Shown here: positions 25,580 through 38,239 of the stretch, in pieces
Numbering within the stretch: the first letter of the stretch is position 1
How the letters are laid out: the number at the start of each line of letters is the position of its first letter
Source: Armatimonadota bacterium
GTDB taxonomy: Bacteria; Armatimonadota; Hebobacteria; GCA-020354555; CP070648
Assembly: GCA_035527535.1 (NCBI GenBank)
Contig: DATLAK010000139.1
Span: forward strand, 1 to 62,193
Direction: 5' to 3'
DNA: 62,193 nucleotides
The notes under the pieces: model-generated
The model's input: only the letters and a program-made list of their open reading frames with translations
Databases searched by the model: none
What the model was told of the DNA's origin: nothing
Translations under genes and position numbers: made by a program

Positions 25580-26332
25580 TCACTCAGCGATGATCGCGCG
25601 TACGGTTTCCAGATCCGCCGGTTTGTCCACGTCAAATGCCAGCTCGGGATAGTGCGAGATGACGGCGCGCGCGCGGCCGCCCAGCACCTCCCCCAGGCGC
25701 TGTTCGAGGTGGGCGATGGTCAGGCGCCCCGTCAGCAGGCGCAAGATGAACCCGGCGCCCAACATCCCCGCCAGGCGCAGCGGGTGCTTGCGGTGGCGGT
25801 AGAACTGGCGCACCAGCTCGCGGTGGCGCGTGATGAACTCCGCGTTAACCAGCACCGCATTGCTGCCGGTGAAGGTGCCCTCCCGCACGTGCGCGTAGGT
25901 GCGATGCCCGTGCGGGAACCGCCGCTCGACGTCCTCCTTGGGCACGATCGCGTAGGCCAGGTCCGCGCCCAGCGGCTGCGCCTGGCCGAGGAAGTCGTCG
26001 AACGCCTCCGCGGTCACCAGCGGCGCGTCCGCGTGGGCGAACATCGCCATCCCGGAGTTGCCGAGCGCCGCGAGCGCCAGCTCCACGTTGTCAAGCAGCG
26101 TCTCGCCCGGCGCCACCATCAGGTCCGCCAGCCCCGGCGCAATTCGCTGCTGCACCTCGGGCGGCGCCACGACGACGATGCGCTGCGCCCGCGTCGTGCC
26201 CCGGAGCGCCGCCAGCACGCGCTCCACCATCGGGCGCCCGCCGACCTCGATCAGCGCGCGGAACGGGGTCCCGCTCATCTGCGCGAGCCGACCGTGCTCT
26301 ATACCAGCCGCTAGAACGAGTGCGTCCGCCAT
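25580..26332 (-). CDS. Nucleotidyltransferase family protein (MobA-like NTP_transf_3)
   Basis: N-terminal ALVLAAGIEHGRL....PFRALIEVGGRPMVERVLAAL fits the glycine-rich NTP-binding loop of GT-A nucleotidyltransferases. Confidence 0.6.
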   Translation of the reverse strand: MADALVLAAGIEHGRLAQMSGTPFRALIEVGGRPMVERVLAALRGTTRAQRIVVVAPPEVQQRIAPGLADLMVAPGETLLDNVELALAALGNSGMAMFAHADAPLVTAEAFDDFLGQAQPLGADLAYAIVPKEDVERRFPHGHRTYAHVREGTFTGSNAVLVNAEFITRHRELVRQFYRHRKHPLRLAGMLGAGFILRLLTGRLTIAHLEQRLGEVLGGRARAVISHYPELAFDVDKPADLETVRAIIAE

Positions 26333-26343
26333 TGGTCACGCAG

Positions 26344-27264
26344 TCACAAGGTGGCACCCCGACCCGTCGGGGTGTCCGCAGCCTCGACCACGACCCCGCG
26401 GCCGATGCTGTGCACCGCCCGCGCCCATATCCCATTCTTGGACATGCGCGCCGCCGACTCCTGCGCGGCTCTGTGCGTGGGGAAGATGCCGAAGACGGCG
26501 GCCCCGCTGCCCGCCATCAACGCCCCCAGCGCGCCCTCGCTCAGCAGGTGCGCCTTGAGGTCGGCGATATCAGGGCGCTCGGGGAGAACCGCCGCCTCGA
26601 GGTCGTTATGCAGAAGCCCCGCGATCGCCGTCGGCGACGCGCCTCCCGCGGCGCGCGCCATCGCCTGGCACGCACCCTTGGGGCTCCGCGGCAGGCGCTT
26701 GGCGTACGCCCACGCCGTGGACACCCCGGGCCCCTGCCGGACGAGCACGAAATGCAAGCGCGGCCCCGCACCGACGCGCTCGACGCTGTCGCCCCGGCCG
26801 GTCGCCAGCGCGCAGCCACCCTCGACGAAAAAGGGACCGTCGGCGCTCAGCCGCGCGGCCAGCTCCTGGAGCTGAGCGCGATGCAGCCGCAGGCCCCACA
26901 GGCGCTTGAGCCCCACCAGCGTCGCCGCCGCATCGCTGCTGCCGCCGCCCAGTCCCGCCTGCATCGGGATGTGCTTGCGCAGGCCGATGGCCACGCCCCG
27001 CCGCGGCGCCGGCGGCAGGAACTCGCTGAGCAGCGCCGCCGCTTGATAGCAGAGGTTGGTTTCGTCGGTGGGGACCCCGGGCTCGCGGCAGGCGATGGTG
27101 ATGCCGCGCGGACGGGCGGTGAGCGTGACCTCGTCCCACAGCGAGACGGTTTGGAGTACGGTCTCGACGCGATGATAGCCGTCGGGCAGATGGCCCAACA
27201 CCGCCAGCGCCAGGTTGACTTTGGCCGGCGCGCGCAGCTTGAGGCACGAGGAAGGTAGCGCCAC
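26344..27264 (-). CDS. ispE: 4-diphosphocytidyl-2-C-methyl-D-erythritol kinase
   Basis: APAKVNLALAVLG...DGYH and GHMP kinase motif IPMQAGLGGGSSDAAATL. GTG start. Confidence 0.85.
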   Translation of the reverse strand: MALPSSCLKLRAPAKVNLALAVLGHLPDGYHRVETVLQTVSLWDEVTLTARPRGITIACREPGVPTDETNLCYQAAALLSEFLPPAPRRGVAIGLRKHIPMQAGLGGGSSDAAATLVGLKRLWGLRLHRAQLQELAARLSADGPFFVEGGCALATGRGDSVERVGAGPRLHFVLVRQGPGVSTAWAYAKRLPRSPKGACQAMARAAGGASPTAIAGLLHNDLEAAVLPERPDIADLKAHLLSEGALGALMAGSGAAVFGIFPTHRAAQESAARMSKNGIWARAVHSIGRGVVVEAADTPTGRGATL

Positions 27265-27273
27265 GGTCTGGCC

Positions 27274-28026
27274 TTAGAACGTCAGCTCATTGCTGCGAAT
27301 CTTCCAGCGGCCCTCCTCGCGCATGGCGAAGAGGGTGCCGCTCAGGGTCTTGGGCAGCACGCGGTAGAGGATGACCTTGGCGGTGAAGGTGAGCTTGATC
27401 TCGGCGCCCGGCGCAGGCGTGGAGTCGAATTCGATGTCGCGGATCGTGGCCGGTTGTCGGTCGCGGAGGCGGGCGAGCCAGTCGAAGGCCAGCTTGTCCA
27501 TCGTCCGGTAGTCGCCCTTGAGCCAGGCCGCCAGATAGCGCCGCGCCGCCTCCGTCGCGGCCGGCTCCTGCGCTTCGTCCCGGCGGGTGACGCTGCGCGG
27601 GGGAATGCGCGCGCCCAGCGGCGGCTCGGTGAAAAACGCGACCTGGCGCACGCGCCAGGGATTGCCCTTGACGTCGTCGAGCATGGTCAGGACCAACGCG
27701 CCTTCGTCGGGCAGCTCCCCGTCGCGCACCGCGCCGCTGAAGCTGACGGCGGCGCGATGCGCATCCACCCGCGCCTGCTCCAGCCGCGGCATTCGCGCGA
27801 AGGGACACGGGCCGAACTTGTCGGCCGGCCGGGTCGGGCTCAAGCTGCGCGCGGTCGCCCCGTCGCCGGCGAGCAGCGCCCGCAGATAGGTTTCGGCGGC
27901 CCTCTCCGCGCCGGGGTCCGCGGCCGCCGGGGAGCGCCCGTGCACGAGGGCAGCGAGCATCACCGCGACCATCAGCGCCGCGGTCAGGCTTTGTGTCAGC
28001 CGATGGCCGAATGGTGCGTTCTTCAT
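27274..28026 (-). CDS. Hypothetical secreted protein with two NTF2/DUF4878-like halves
   Basis: Signal peptide MKNAPFGHRLTQSLTAALMVAVMLAALVHG. Internal duplication (AAETYLRALLAGDGATA / AARRYLAAWLKGDYRTM). Start set at ATG 28026. Confidence 0.5.
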   Translation of the reverse strand: MKNAPFGHRLTQSLTAALMVAVMLAALVHGRSPAAADPGAERAAETYLRALLAGDGATARSLSPTRPADKFGPCPFARMPRLEQARVDAHRAAVSFSGAVRDGELPDEGALVLTMLDDVKGNPWRVRQVAFFTEPPLGARIPPRSVTRRDEAQEPAATEAARRYLAAWLKGDYRTMDKLAFDWLARLRDRQPATIRDIEFDSTPAPGAEIKLTFTAKVILYRVLPKTLSGTLFAMREEGRWKIRSNELTF

Positions 28027-28120
28027 GCTATCGCCGACGCTCGGCCGCCGCTGCGGGTTGCTTGGCGGCCGGCGACTACCTACTATATTCCCCATTCCCG
28101 CCGCCGCGCCCTGCCCGTCG

Positions 28121-28150
28121 TTGACCCTGCTCGGCGGCGCGTGCTACAAT
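28121..28150 (+). promoter_or_regulatory. sigma70-like promoter for rarA
   Basis: TTGACC (28121-28126), 18-nt spacer ending TGC, TACAAT (28145-28150). Confidence 0.5.
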
Positions 28151-28203
28151 CCGCCCGCAGCGCCGGCGACGCGTGCTTCGCAGACTGGCAGGTGAGCCCT
28201 GAC

Positions 28204-29559
28204 GTGACTTTGTTCGACGAGCCGCAGGCGGCGGCGCACGGGGCGGCGCCGCTGGCCGCGCGCATGCGCCCCCGCGATCTGACCGAGTTCGTCGGCCAGG
28301 AGCACATTCTGGGCGCGGGGACCTGGCTGCGCTCCGCCATCGAGCGCGACCAGCTATCATCGGTCATCTTCCACGGCCCGGCCGGCACCGGCAAGAGCAC
28401 GGTCGCCCGCATCATCGCCTCCCGCACCGCCTCCCATTTCCAGGAGTTCAGCGCCGTTACCACCGGCATCGCCGACGTGCGCAAGGTGATGACCCAGGCC
28501 GGGCAGCGCCTCGCCGCCCAGGGGCGCAAGACGATCCTCTTCATAGACGAGATTCATCGCTTCAACAAGGCCCAGCAGGACGCGTTCCTGCCCTTCGTCG
28601 AGAACGGCACCATCACCCTCATCGGCGCCACCACCGAGAACCCCTTCTTCGAGATCAACTCGCCGCTGCTGTCGCGCTCGCGGGTGCTGCGCTTCGAGCC
28701 GCTGACGCCCGAGCAGATCGGGGCGATCGTGGAGCGCGCGCTGGCCGACGGCGACCGCGGCCTGGGGCGCCTGCAAGTCGCGCTCGAACCGGCGGCGCGG
28801 GCTCACCTGCTCGAGGTCGCGCGGGGCGACGCGCGGGTGGCGCTCAACGCTCTCGAAGTCGCGGCCTCCCTGGCCGCGCCCGGCGCTGAGGGCAGGCGCG
28901 CGATCGGCCTCGACCTGATCGAGCAGGCTTTGCAGCAGCCGCTGCTGCAATACGACAAGGACGGGGACGCGCACTACGACATCATCTCCGCCTTCATCAA
29001 GAGCATGCGCGGCGGCGACCCCGACGCCGCTCTGCACTGGCTGGCGCGCATGATCAAGGCGGGCGAGGACCCACGGTTCATCGCCCGCCGCCTGGTGATC
29101 CACGCCGCCGAAGATGTCGGCAACGCGGATCCGATGGCGCTGGTGGTCGCCACCAGCGCCGCTCACGCGGTGGAGTACGTCGGCCTCCCCGAGGCGCAGA
29201 TCCCGCTGGCGCAGGCCGCAATCTACATCGCCACCGCGCCCAAGAGCAACGCCTCGATGCTGGGCATCGCCCGCGCGATGGAGGACGTCGAGCGGCGGGT
29301 GCCGCCGCCGGTGCCCGGGCCGCTGCGCGACGCCTCCTACCCCGGCGCGGCGCGCTTGGGTCACGGCCAGGGGTATCTCTATCCGCACGATTTCCCAGGG
29401 CGGGTCGTGGACCAGGACTACCTGCCGCCGGACTTCAAGCACCGGCCCTATTACGAGCCGAGCGAGCTCGGCTACGAGCGCAAGATCGCCGAGCGCATGC
29501 GGGCATGGGAGCAGGCGCGGCGGGCACAGCGGGAACGGCGCGACCAGGGTGAGCGATGA
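28204..29559 (+). CDS. rarA: Replication-associated recombination protein A (AAA+ ATPase)
   Basis: [21 protein letters not shown], Walker [26 protein letters not shown], and the MgsA C-terminal region ([26 protein letters not shown]). GTG 28204 chosen; the in-frame upstream 750 nt is antisense to a real gene. Confidence 0.85.
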   Translation: MTLFDEPQAAAHGAAPLAARMRPRDLTEFVGQEHILGAGTWLRSAIERDQLSSVIFHGPAGTGKSTVARIIASRTASHFQEFSAVTTGIADVRKVMTQAGQRLAAQGRKTILFIDEIHRFNKAQQDAFLPFVENGTITLIGATTENPFFEINSPLLSRSRVLRFEPLTPEQIGAIVERALADGDRGLGRLQVALEPAARAHLLEVARGDARVALNALEVAASLAAPGAEGRRAIGLDLIEQALQQPLLQYDKDGDAHYDIISAFIKSMRGGDPDAALHWLARMIKAGEDPRFIARRLVIHAAEDVGNADPMALVVATSAAHAVEYVGLPEAQIPLAQAAIYIATAPKSNASMLGIARAMEDVERRVPPPVPGPLRDASYPGAARLGHGQGYLYPHDFPGRVVDQDYLPPDFKHRPYYEPSELGYERKIAERMRAWEQARRAQRERRDQGER

Positions 29560-30707
29560 CGCGGCGTCGGGGCGCGGTCGTGATCGCGATGAGCGGCGGC
29601 GTGGACAGCTCGGTGGCGGCGGCGGTGCTCAAGCAGGAGGGCTGGGAGGTCATCGGCGTGACGATGCAGATCTGGCCCTCCGATGATCTGGCGCGCCAGG
29701 CCGACGCGGCGCGCGGCTGCTGCAGCCTGGCGGCAATCGGCGATGCGCGGCGCGTGGCGGAGCGCCTCGGGATCCCCCACTATGTGTTCAATCTGCGCGA
29801 GGTCTTTCAGCGCGAGGTGATTGACCCCTTCTGCGCGGAATACGCGGCCGGCCGCACGCCCAATCCCTGCATTCGCTGCAACCACTACCTGAAGTTCGGG
29901 GCCCTCGCCGAGCGCGCGCGGCAACTGGGGGCTGGCCACGTCGCCACCGGTCACTATGCCCGGGTTGGGCGCGACCAGCGATCGGGGCGGTGGGTCATCC
30001 GCGCCGGCGCCGATCGCGCCAAGGATCAGTCGTACGCGCTGTACAGCTTGCGCCAGGAGCAACTGGCGCAGGCGCTGATGCCGCTGGGGGGGCTGGTCAA
30101 AGCCGAGGTGCGCTCGCGGGCGCAGGAGTTGGGGCTGGCCGTGGCCGACAAGCTGGAGAGCCAGGAGCTGTGCTTCATCGTCAATAACGACTATCCAGCC
30201 TACCTGCGCCGCTTGCTGCCTGCCACCGCGACCCCGGGGCCGATTGTTGATTCCTGCGGCAGGCGTCTCGGGGATCACCGCGGAATCGCCTCCTACACTG
30301 TGGGCCAGCGCCACGGGCTCGGTCTGTGCGGGACGCGCGAGGCGCTGTACGTGGTTGACATTGACCCGCAGGCCAACACCCTAGTGGTGGGGCCGGAGCG
30401 GGAGCTGTACCGCAAGGAGGTGCGGGTGGGCGGCGCGAATCTGGTCGCGCGGACCGACTTCAAGCAACCGGTGCGCCTGCGCGGCAAGCTGCGCTACCGC
30501 ATGAGCGCCCAGGCGTGCGTGGTGCGCGGTGAAGGGGAGGGGCTGGATGCCGAGTTTGACGCGCCGCAGCGGGCGGTGACGCCGGGGCAGGCGGCGGTGT
30601 TCTACGACGGCGACACGGTGGCATGCGGAGGTGTGATCGAACGGCAGGCGTCAACAGTTGGCGCCCACCCCGGGGAAAGGGATGAGGGCGAACGCGCCGA
30701 AGGATAG
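29556..30707 (+). CDS. mnmA: tRNA 2-thiouridine(34) synthase
   Basis: PP-loop [14 protein letters not shown], then NPCIRCN and [13 protein letters not shown] overlap with rarA. Confidence 0.9.
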   Translation: MTRRRGAVVIAMSGGVDSSVAAAVLKQEGWEVIGVTMQIWPSDDLARQADAARGCCSLAAIGDARRVAERLGIPHYVFNLREVFQREVIDPFCAEYAAGRTPNPCIRCNHYLKFGALAERARQLGAGHVATGHYARVGRDQRSGRWVIRAGADRAKDQSYALYSLRQEQLAQALMPLGGLVKAEVRSRAQELGLAVADKLESQELCFIVNNDYPAYLRRLLPATATPGPIVDSCGRRLGDHRGIASYTVGQRHGLGLCGTREALYVVDIDPQANTLVVGPERELYRKEVRVGGANLVARTDFKQPVRLRGKLRYRMSAQACVVRGEGEGLDAEFDAPQRAVTPGQAAVFYDGDTVACGGVIERQASTVGAHPGERDEGERAEG

Positions 30708-30743
30708 CGGCGGGCGCGAGCGGCGATCCATGGGAGGACGCGC

Positions 30744-31049
30744 ATGAGCAACGAAGACCGGGACAGCGGGATGCTGAGTTTTCTGGTGGGGATGGGCATC
30801 GGCGCCGCCGCGGCGGCGATCGCCGCCCTGCTGTACGCGCCACGGCGGGGGACGGATACCCGGCGCGGAGTGACCGATGCCGTGCGCACGCTGCGCGGGC
30901 GCGCTGAGGAGCTGGCGGAGCGCGTGCGCGGCGCGTCGCAGGAGGTAACCGAGCGGCTCAAGCAGGACCTCGATGCGGCGGTCACCGCCGGTAAGGAGGC
31001 GGTGGAAGCCCGGCGTGCGGAGCTTGGCCGCACCACCCACAGCGAGTGA
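30744..31049 (+). CDS. YtxH domain-containing protein
   Basis: GMLSFLVGMGIGAAAAAIAALLYAPRRG followed by a charged helical tail, the typical YtxH layout. Confidence 0.65.
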   Translation: MSNEDRDSGMLSFLVGMGIGAAAAAIAALLYAPRRGTDTRRGVTDAVRTLRGRAEELAERVRGASQEVTERLKQDLDAAVTAGKEAVEARRAELGRTTHSE

Positions 31050-31429
31050 CGACCATGGGCAATCCCGTAGGGATGGAGCTGAGTTCCCGCCGCCTGGGCG
31101 CGACCACGGCGGTGCTGACCATCGGCGGCGAGGTGGATCTCTACACCACGCCGCAGGTCAAGGAAGAGATCGTGGGGCTGATAGATGCGGGGGTGCGCCG
31201 GCTGGTGGTGGACCTGTCAGCCGCCGAGTACTTGGACAGCACGGCCCTGGGCACGCTGGTGGGCGCGCTCAAGCGCCTGCGCGAACATGACGGCGAACTG
31301 CGCCTGGCCAACCCTGCGCCGCGCATCCGCAAGCTGCTGGAGATCACGCGGTTGCTCAAGGTGTTCGAGGTGCGCGACAGCGTCGCCCAGGCGTTGGAGG
31401 GATGGCACGAGCAAGGGGCGACAGCGTGA
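31046..31429 (+). CDS. STAS-domain anti-sigma factor antagonist (RsbV/SpoIIAA type)
   Basis: VLTIGGEVDLYTTPQVKEEI, VVDLSAAEYLDSTALGTLVGALKRLRE, LRLANPAPRIRKLLEITRL. GTGA overlap with ytxH. Confidence 0.85.
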   Translation: MTTMGNPVGMELSSRRLGATTAVLTIGGEVDLYTTPQVKEEIVGLIDAGVRRLVVDLSAAEYLDSTALGTLVGALKRLREHDGELRLANPAPRIRKLLEITRLLKVFEVRDSVAQALEGWHEQGATA

Positions 31430-31863
31430 TGAGCACCATGGCGGCTTCCCGCATCGAGCTCAAGATCCCCGGGCGCCCCGAGTTCATCAGCGTGGCGCGC
31501 CTCGCCGTCGCCGCCGTCGCCGCCCGCATGGGCTTCGATTATGACGACATCGAGGATCTCAAGGTCGCCACCGGGGAGGCGCTGACCAACGCCATCCAGG
31601 ACGCGCAGACCCGCGGTCGCGAGGGGGGTGAGGACATCCTCGTCATGTGCTCGGTGGAAGCGCAGGCGCTGGTGATCGAGGTCTGCGACCAGGGGTCAGG
31701 CTTCGATCCCGAGAGACGGCGCTGTGCGCTCGAGCAGGAGGAACTCCCCGAGGGAGGGCTGGGCCTGCTGCTGATCGAGGCGCTGTGCGACGAAGTGAGG
31801 TTCGAAACCAAACCCGGCAGCGGGACGCTGGTGCGCATGACCAAGCACCTCGTCCGCTTTTAA
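31429..31863 (+). CDS. Anti-sigma factor serine kinase (RsbW/SpoIIAB type, HATPase_c)
   Basis: N-box ATGEALTNAI, DQGSGFDP and GGLGLLLIEALCDEV. TGATG overlap with the STAS gene. Confidence 0.85.
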   Translation: MSTMAASRIELKIPGRPEFISVARLAVAAVAARMGFDYDDIEDLKVATGEALTNAIQDAQTRGREGGEDILVMCSVEAQALVIEVCDQGSGFDPERRRCALEQEELPEGGLGLLLIEALCDEVRFETKPGSGTLVRMTKHLVRF

Positions 31864-31864
31864 C

Positions 31865-32674
31865 ATGCGTTCGCCAGGCAAGTCCAAGGGCAAGGCCGCC
31901 GCGCTCAAGGGCACGGCCAAGGCCAAGCAGACCGACCACCAGGGGATTGAAGGCCTGTTCCGCCAGCTGCGGGCGACGGGCGACCCGCGGCTGCGGGAGC
32001 GCCTCATCAGTGCGCATCTGAACCTGGTGCGGTTTCTCGCCCGCAAGTTCGCCAATCGCGGCGAGCCCGTGGACGACCTCATCCAGGTTGGCACCATCGG
32101 CCTCATCAACGCGGTGGACCGCTTCGACCCCGAACGCGGCATCCGCTTCGCCACCTACGCCACCCCCACCATCGCCGGCGAGATCAAGCGCCACTTCCGC
32201 GACCGCGGCTGGGCGATTAAGGTGCCGCGGCGGCTGCAGGAGCTCAACCTCGCCGCCAGCAAGGCGGTTGACGCCCTGGCGCAACGCCTCGACCGCTCCC
32301 CCACCGTCAAGGAGATCGCCCAGGCGATCGGCGCCACCGAGGAGGACGCCCTGGAGGCCCTCGAGCTCGGCCAGATGTACGAGTTGGTCAGCCTCGACAG
32401 CGAGACCGGACGGGCGGACGACGATTCCCATACCGTGCTTGCCGACTACGTCGGCAACGATGACGTCGTGCTGGAGGAGATCGGGGCGCGCTCGAGCCTG
32501 GTGGACAGCCTCAAGCGGCTGCCCGAGCGCGAGCGCAAGATCATCGAGCTGCGCTTCTTCCGCAACCTGTCGCAGACCGATGTCGCCCGCCGCCTGGGCA
32601 TCTCCCAGATGCACGTCTCGCGCCTCCAGCAGAAGGCGCTCACTCGCCTGCGCGAGCTGGCGCGCGGGCAGTAG
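31865..32674 (+). CDS. SigB/SigF/SigG-type (group 3) sigma-70 family factor
   Basis: DDLIQVGTIGLINAVDRFDPERGIRFATYATPTIAGEIKRHFRD and region 4 LSQTDVARRLGISQMHVSRLQQKAL. Starts 1 nt after the rsbW-like stop. Confidence 0.85.
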   Translation: MRSPGKSKGKAAALKGTAKAKQTDHQGIEGLFRQLRATGDPRLRERLISAHLNLVRFLARKFANRGEPVDDLIQVGTIGLINAVDRFDPERGIRFATYATPTIAGEIKRHFRDRGWAIKVPRRLQELNLAASKAVDALAQRLDRSPTVKEIAQAIGATEEDALEALELGQMYELVSLDSETGRADDDSHTVLADYVGNDDVVLEEIGARSSLVDSLKRLPERERKIIELRFFRNLSQTDVARRLGISQMHVSRLQQKALTRLRELARGQ

Positions 32675-32776
32675 ACGGCAGGAGGCAGGTCCCTCGGGCG
32701 TGCGATCCTCGCCCGCCAGGTGAATGCCACCCGGTCTTCGCGCATAATCACGGTGGCGGGTTCTTACGGTCGCCCC

Positions 32777-34083
<1,307 letters not shown>

Positions 34084-34096
<13 letters not shown>

Positions 34097-34275
34097 AGCC
34101 ACTCCGCTTGCTTGCGCAACCGCGCCATCCTTTCCTTGGGCTCCAGCTTCCACCACGCCCGCAGCGCCGCCGCCGCCCGCTGCTGCAGATGCTTGGGCAG
34201 ATACCCCAGCACGTTGCGCAGCTTGTGCGCTTGACAGCGCTGGACGGGGTGCTCCCGGCCATACACGTCGTCAAT
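34084..34275 (-). pseudogene. IS256-family (mutator-type) transposase internal fragment
   Basis: AIDDVYGREHPVQRCQAHKLRNVLGYLPKHLQQRAAAALRAWW matches the QRC.vHK.RNvL...PK block of IS256 transposases. Only about 64 codons, no catalytic DDE context and no IS ends. Confidence 0.65.
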
Positions 34276-35600
<1,325 letters not shown>

Positions 35601-35830
35601 CCGCGATTCTCCTACCGCGGCCTGCGGGTTTGGTGCGGTGTCCTGAGCCCCGCCGTCTGCTTGCCAGCCGCAGGGGCGGGAGTGAATGTCCCGGTGCGAT
35701 GACAATCGGCGGTGAAATCTCTCCGTCAGCGCTTGACAGCCGGCGGCGCCGCCGCGCGCCCGCCTGCGCCCGGAACATTCCGCCCCGCTGCCCAGTCCAA
35801 TCCGACGGAATAGCCAACAGGAGGCGGATC

Positions 35831-36901
35831 ATGGAAACCGGTCAGGATTCGAACGCGCGAGGCGCGCGCACATGGTTCCGGCGTTTGACGCTGGCGCAGA
35901 GGGCAGGGCTCGTGCTCGCGGCCTTCGTGGTCGGCGTGTTCGTGCTGGCGTTCGCGGGGGCCACGCTGGAGCGCTCCCGCGAGAGCGCGCGCACGGCGTC
36001 GCCGTTGAGGATGGCCGTGGGCTCCCCGCCGGACGCGCCGCTGGCTGGGCGCGTGGCCGATCAGACCGGGCCCCCAGGGCGGCAGGGCGCGCTGCCCGCA
36101 GCGCGCGAGGCATCGGCCGACTTCGCGGCGGGTGCGCCCGAGTCGCTGCCATCCCTGGAAACCTGGGCGCGGCAGTTGATATTGACCGCCGCCATCACGC
36201 TGGAGGTCGAGGACGTGCGCGCCGCCTACGATCGCATCCAGGTGGTGGCGGCGAGTGAGGGGGCGCTGGTGACGGCGGCGTCCTTGCAGGCGGCGCCCGC
36301 GCGCGTGGTGGATGACCGGCAGCAGCCCGGCTACGGCCACGCCAGCGTCGTCCTGCGGGTGCCGCAGAGCCGCTTCCATGCCGTGCGCCAGCGTCTGCTG
36401 GGGCTGGCGCCGGACCTCGGCGGCAAAGTGGCGCATGATGAGGTCACCAGCCAGGATGTGACCGAGGAATACGTGGACTTGCAGGCGCGCCTGCGCAACT
36501 GGCGCGCGCAGGAGGCGCAGTTGTTGGAGGTCATGCGGCAGGCGCGCAAGATCCCCGACATCCTCGCGGTGCGCAACCAGTTGGCCCAGGTGCAGCAGGA
36601 GATCGAGCGCCTGTCCGGGCGGCTGCGGTTCCTGGAGAACCGCGTCGAGCTATCCACCATCACCATCGAGGTCAACCAGACGGGCGCGGGCCCGGCGCCG
36701 GTCACCATCGCCTCAACCTGGAAGAACGCGGGGCGGTGGGTGACGGCGGCGGTGCTGAAGTCGGTCAAGGATGTCGTCTATGTGCTGGGCCTGATGGCGG
36801 TGGCGGTGGTCTATCTGTTCCCGTTCGCGGTGATCGCGGGCATCATCTGGGCGGGTGTGCGGGCGGTGCGAAAGCGCGTGGGCTCCCGGCCCGTCGCGTG
36901 A
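35831..36901 (+). CDS. DUF4349 domain-containing membrane protein
   Basis: ITLEVEDVRAAYDRI, coiled-coil SQDVTEEYVDLQARLRNWRAQEAQLLEVM...LAQVQQEIERLSGRLRFLENRVELSTITIEV and a C-terminal TM pair. AGGAGG RBS before ATG 35831. Confidence 0.7.
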   Translation: METGQDSNARGARTWFRRLTLAQRAGLVLAAFVVGVFVLAFAGATLERSRESARTASPLRMAVGSPPDAPLAGRVADQTGPPGRQGALPAAREASADFAAGAPESLPSLETWARQLILTAAITLEVEDVRAAYDRIQVVAASEGALVTAASLQAAPARVVDDRQQPGYGHASVVLRVPQSRFHAVRQRLLGLAPDLGGKVAHDEVTSQDVTEEYVDLQARLRNWRAQEAQLLEVMRQARKIPDILAVRNQLAQVQQEIERLSGRLRFLENRVELSTITIEVNQTGAGPAPVTIASTWKNAGRWVTAAVLKSVKDVVYVLGLMAVAVVYLFPFAVIAGIIWAGVRAVRKRVGSRPVA

Positions 36902-36982
36902 GTGGCGGGGGGCGCAGCCCGGCCTGCTCCGCGAGCGGCACGTGGAAGCGAACCCGGCCGGTCGGCGCGGTGCCGGCGGCTG

Positions 36983-38071
36983 TCACAACTCCTCCACCCC
37001 CAGCGCCTCCTGGTAGAGCGCGAGGACGTTCTCCAGCGCCGTGTCGGGCTGGATGGCGTGAGCGGGGCTGAGGAGGTAGCCCCCGCCGCGGCCGATGACT
37101 TCCTTGCGGTGGCGCACCTCGGCGCGCACCTCCTCGGTCGTCCCGTGGGGCAGCGTCTCCTGGGTGCTGATGAGACCGCAAAAGGTCAGGCGGTCGCCGA
37201 AGTCGCGCTTGATCGTCTCCGGGTCCATGCCCGCGGGTTCGGGCTGCATGGCGTCGAGGATGTCCAGTCCCATCTCGATGAAGGTGGGCATGATCTCGTG
37301 CGTGTCCCCGCACGAGTGCAGCATTGCCAGCGCCCCGTGCTCGTGCGCCAGGTCAATGAAGCGCTGCATCCGCGGCACGAAGAATGACTCGAAAACGGCG
37401 GGGGAAACCAGCCGGCCCTTCTGCGTGCCGCAGTCCTCGCCCAGGCACAGGATGTCAATCTTCCCCTTTCCCGCCTCCAGCCCCCGCCGGCACCGCTCGT
37501 AGAGGAAATCCACGCGGCGGTCTATGATGGCGACGCCCACCTCATCGCCGGTCGCGATGTCCATCAGCACCTGCTCCATGCCCCGCCCGCGCGACACCCC
37601 GTTGACGATGTCGGGGATGCCGGCGCTACCAAAGCACACGGCATACTCGGCGATCGCGTCACCCGCCGCCTCCACGCCTGAGAAGTCGTAGTCGTCAATG
37701 TCCGGCCACGGGTAGGCGCGCACGTCGCCCATGGTCTTCAGGCGTGCCAGCGCAAGGTCCGAGGCCTCGTCATAGGTGCCGAACTCGTTGGCGATGCGGC
37801 GGTAGCCGACCCCCCACATGTCGTAGCTGTCAGCCACCCCGGGCACGGGCGGCTTGAGCGGAGCGCCCCCGGTCACCGCGTCGCTGGCGCTGCGCAGGTC
37901 CAGGTGCAGGACCTCGCGCACGTCGCGGCCAGGGAAATGCGCCTGCAGTCGCGCCATGATCTCCGGGGTGAAGTACCCCTGCAGCGGAATCCGATCCGGC
38001 TCCCGATGCGCGCAGGCGAGCTTCACCCGCTCCTTCGATGTCAACTCCTCCGTCGCCAGTCTGTGCCCCAC
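36983..38071 (-). CDS. Uroporphyrinogen decarboxylase (URO-D) family protein, paralog 2
   Basis: KERVKLACAHREPDRIPL, LHSCGDTHEIMPTFIEMGLDILDAMQPEP and GGGYLLSPAHAIQPD. Confidence 0.7.
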   Translation of the reverse strand: MGHRLATEELTSKERVKLACAHREPDRIPLQGYFTPEIMARLQAHFPGRDVREVLHLDLRSASDAVTGGAPLKPPVPGVADSYDMWGVGYRRIANEFGTYDEASDLALARLKTMGDVRAYPWPDIDDYDFSGVEAAGDAIAEYAVCFGSAGIPDIVNGVSRGRGMEQVLMDIATGDEVGVAIIDRRVDFLYERCRRGLEAGKGKIDILCLGEDCGTQKGRLVSPAVFESFFVPRMQRFIDLAHEHGALAMLHSCGDTHEIMPTFIEMGLDILDAMQPEPAGMDPETIKRDFGDRLTFCGLISTQETLPHGTTEEVRAEVRHRKEVIGRGGGYLLSPAHAIQPDTALENVLALYQEALGVEEL

Positions 38072-38239
38072 AAGTGTATCCCTCCGGTGGTAGTCGCAGT
38101 GTGCCTACTATTCGACCCGGCGGTAGGGCGCAACCTTCCACCCATACCGCCCGGCGATACATCAGAGGACCTGTCGGCGGGGACTGGTTCCGGCCCGCCA
38201 CCGAAAGCGGGCGGCGGGCCGGGGCGCACGGACCGGCGG

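Noticed and set aside
27454-28203. In-frame 250-codon N-terminal extension of rarA suggested by the ORF track.
   Set aside because: The extension is antisense to the secreted-protein gene 27274-28026 and crosses a good promoter at 28121-28150. RarA homology begins at LFDEP right after GTG 28204.
35760-35815. GGAACA-N18-GTCC upstream of the DUF4349 gene as an ECF promoter.
   Set aside because: A single weak match with loose spacing that cannot be distinguished from chance in GC-rich sequence.
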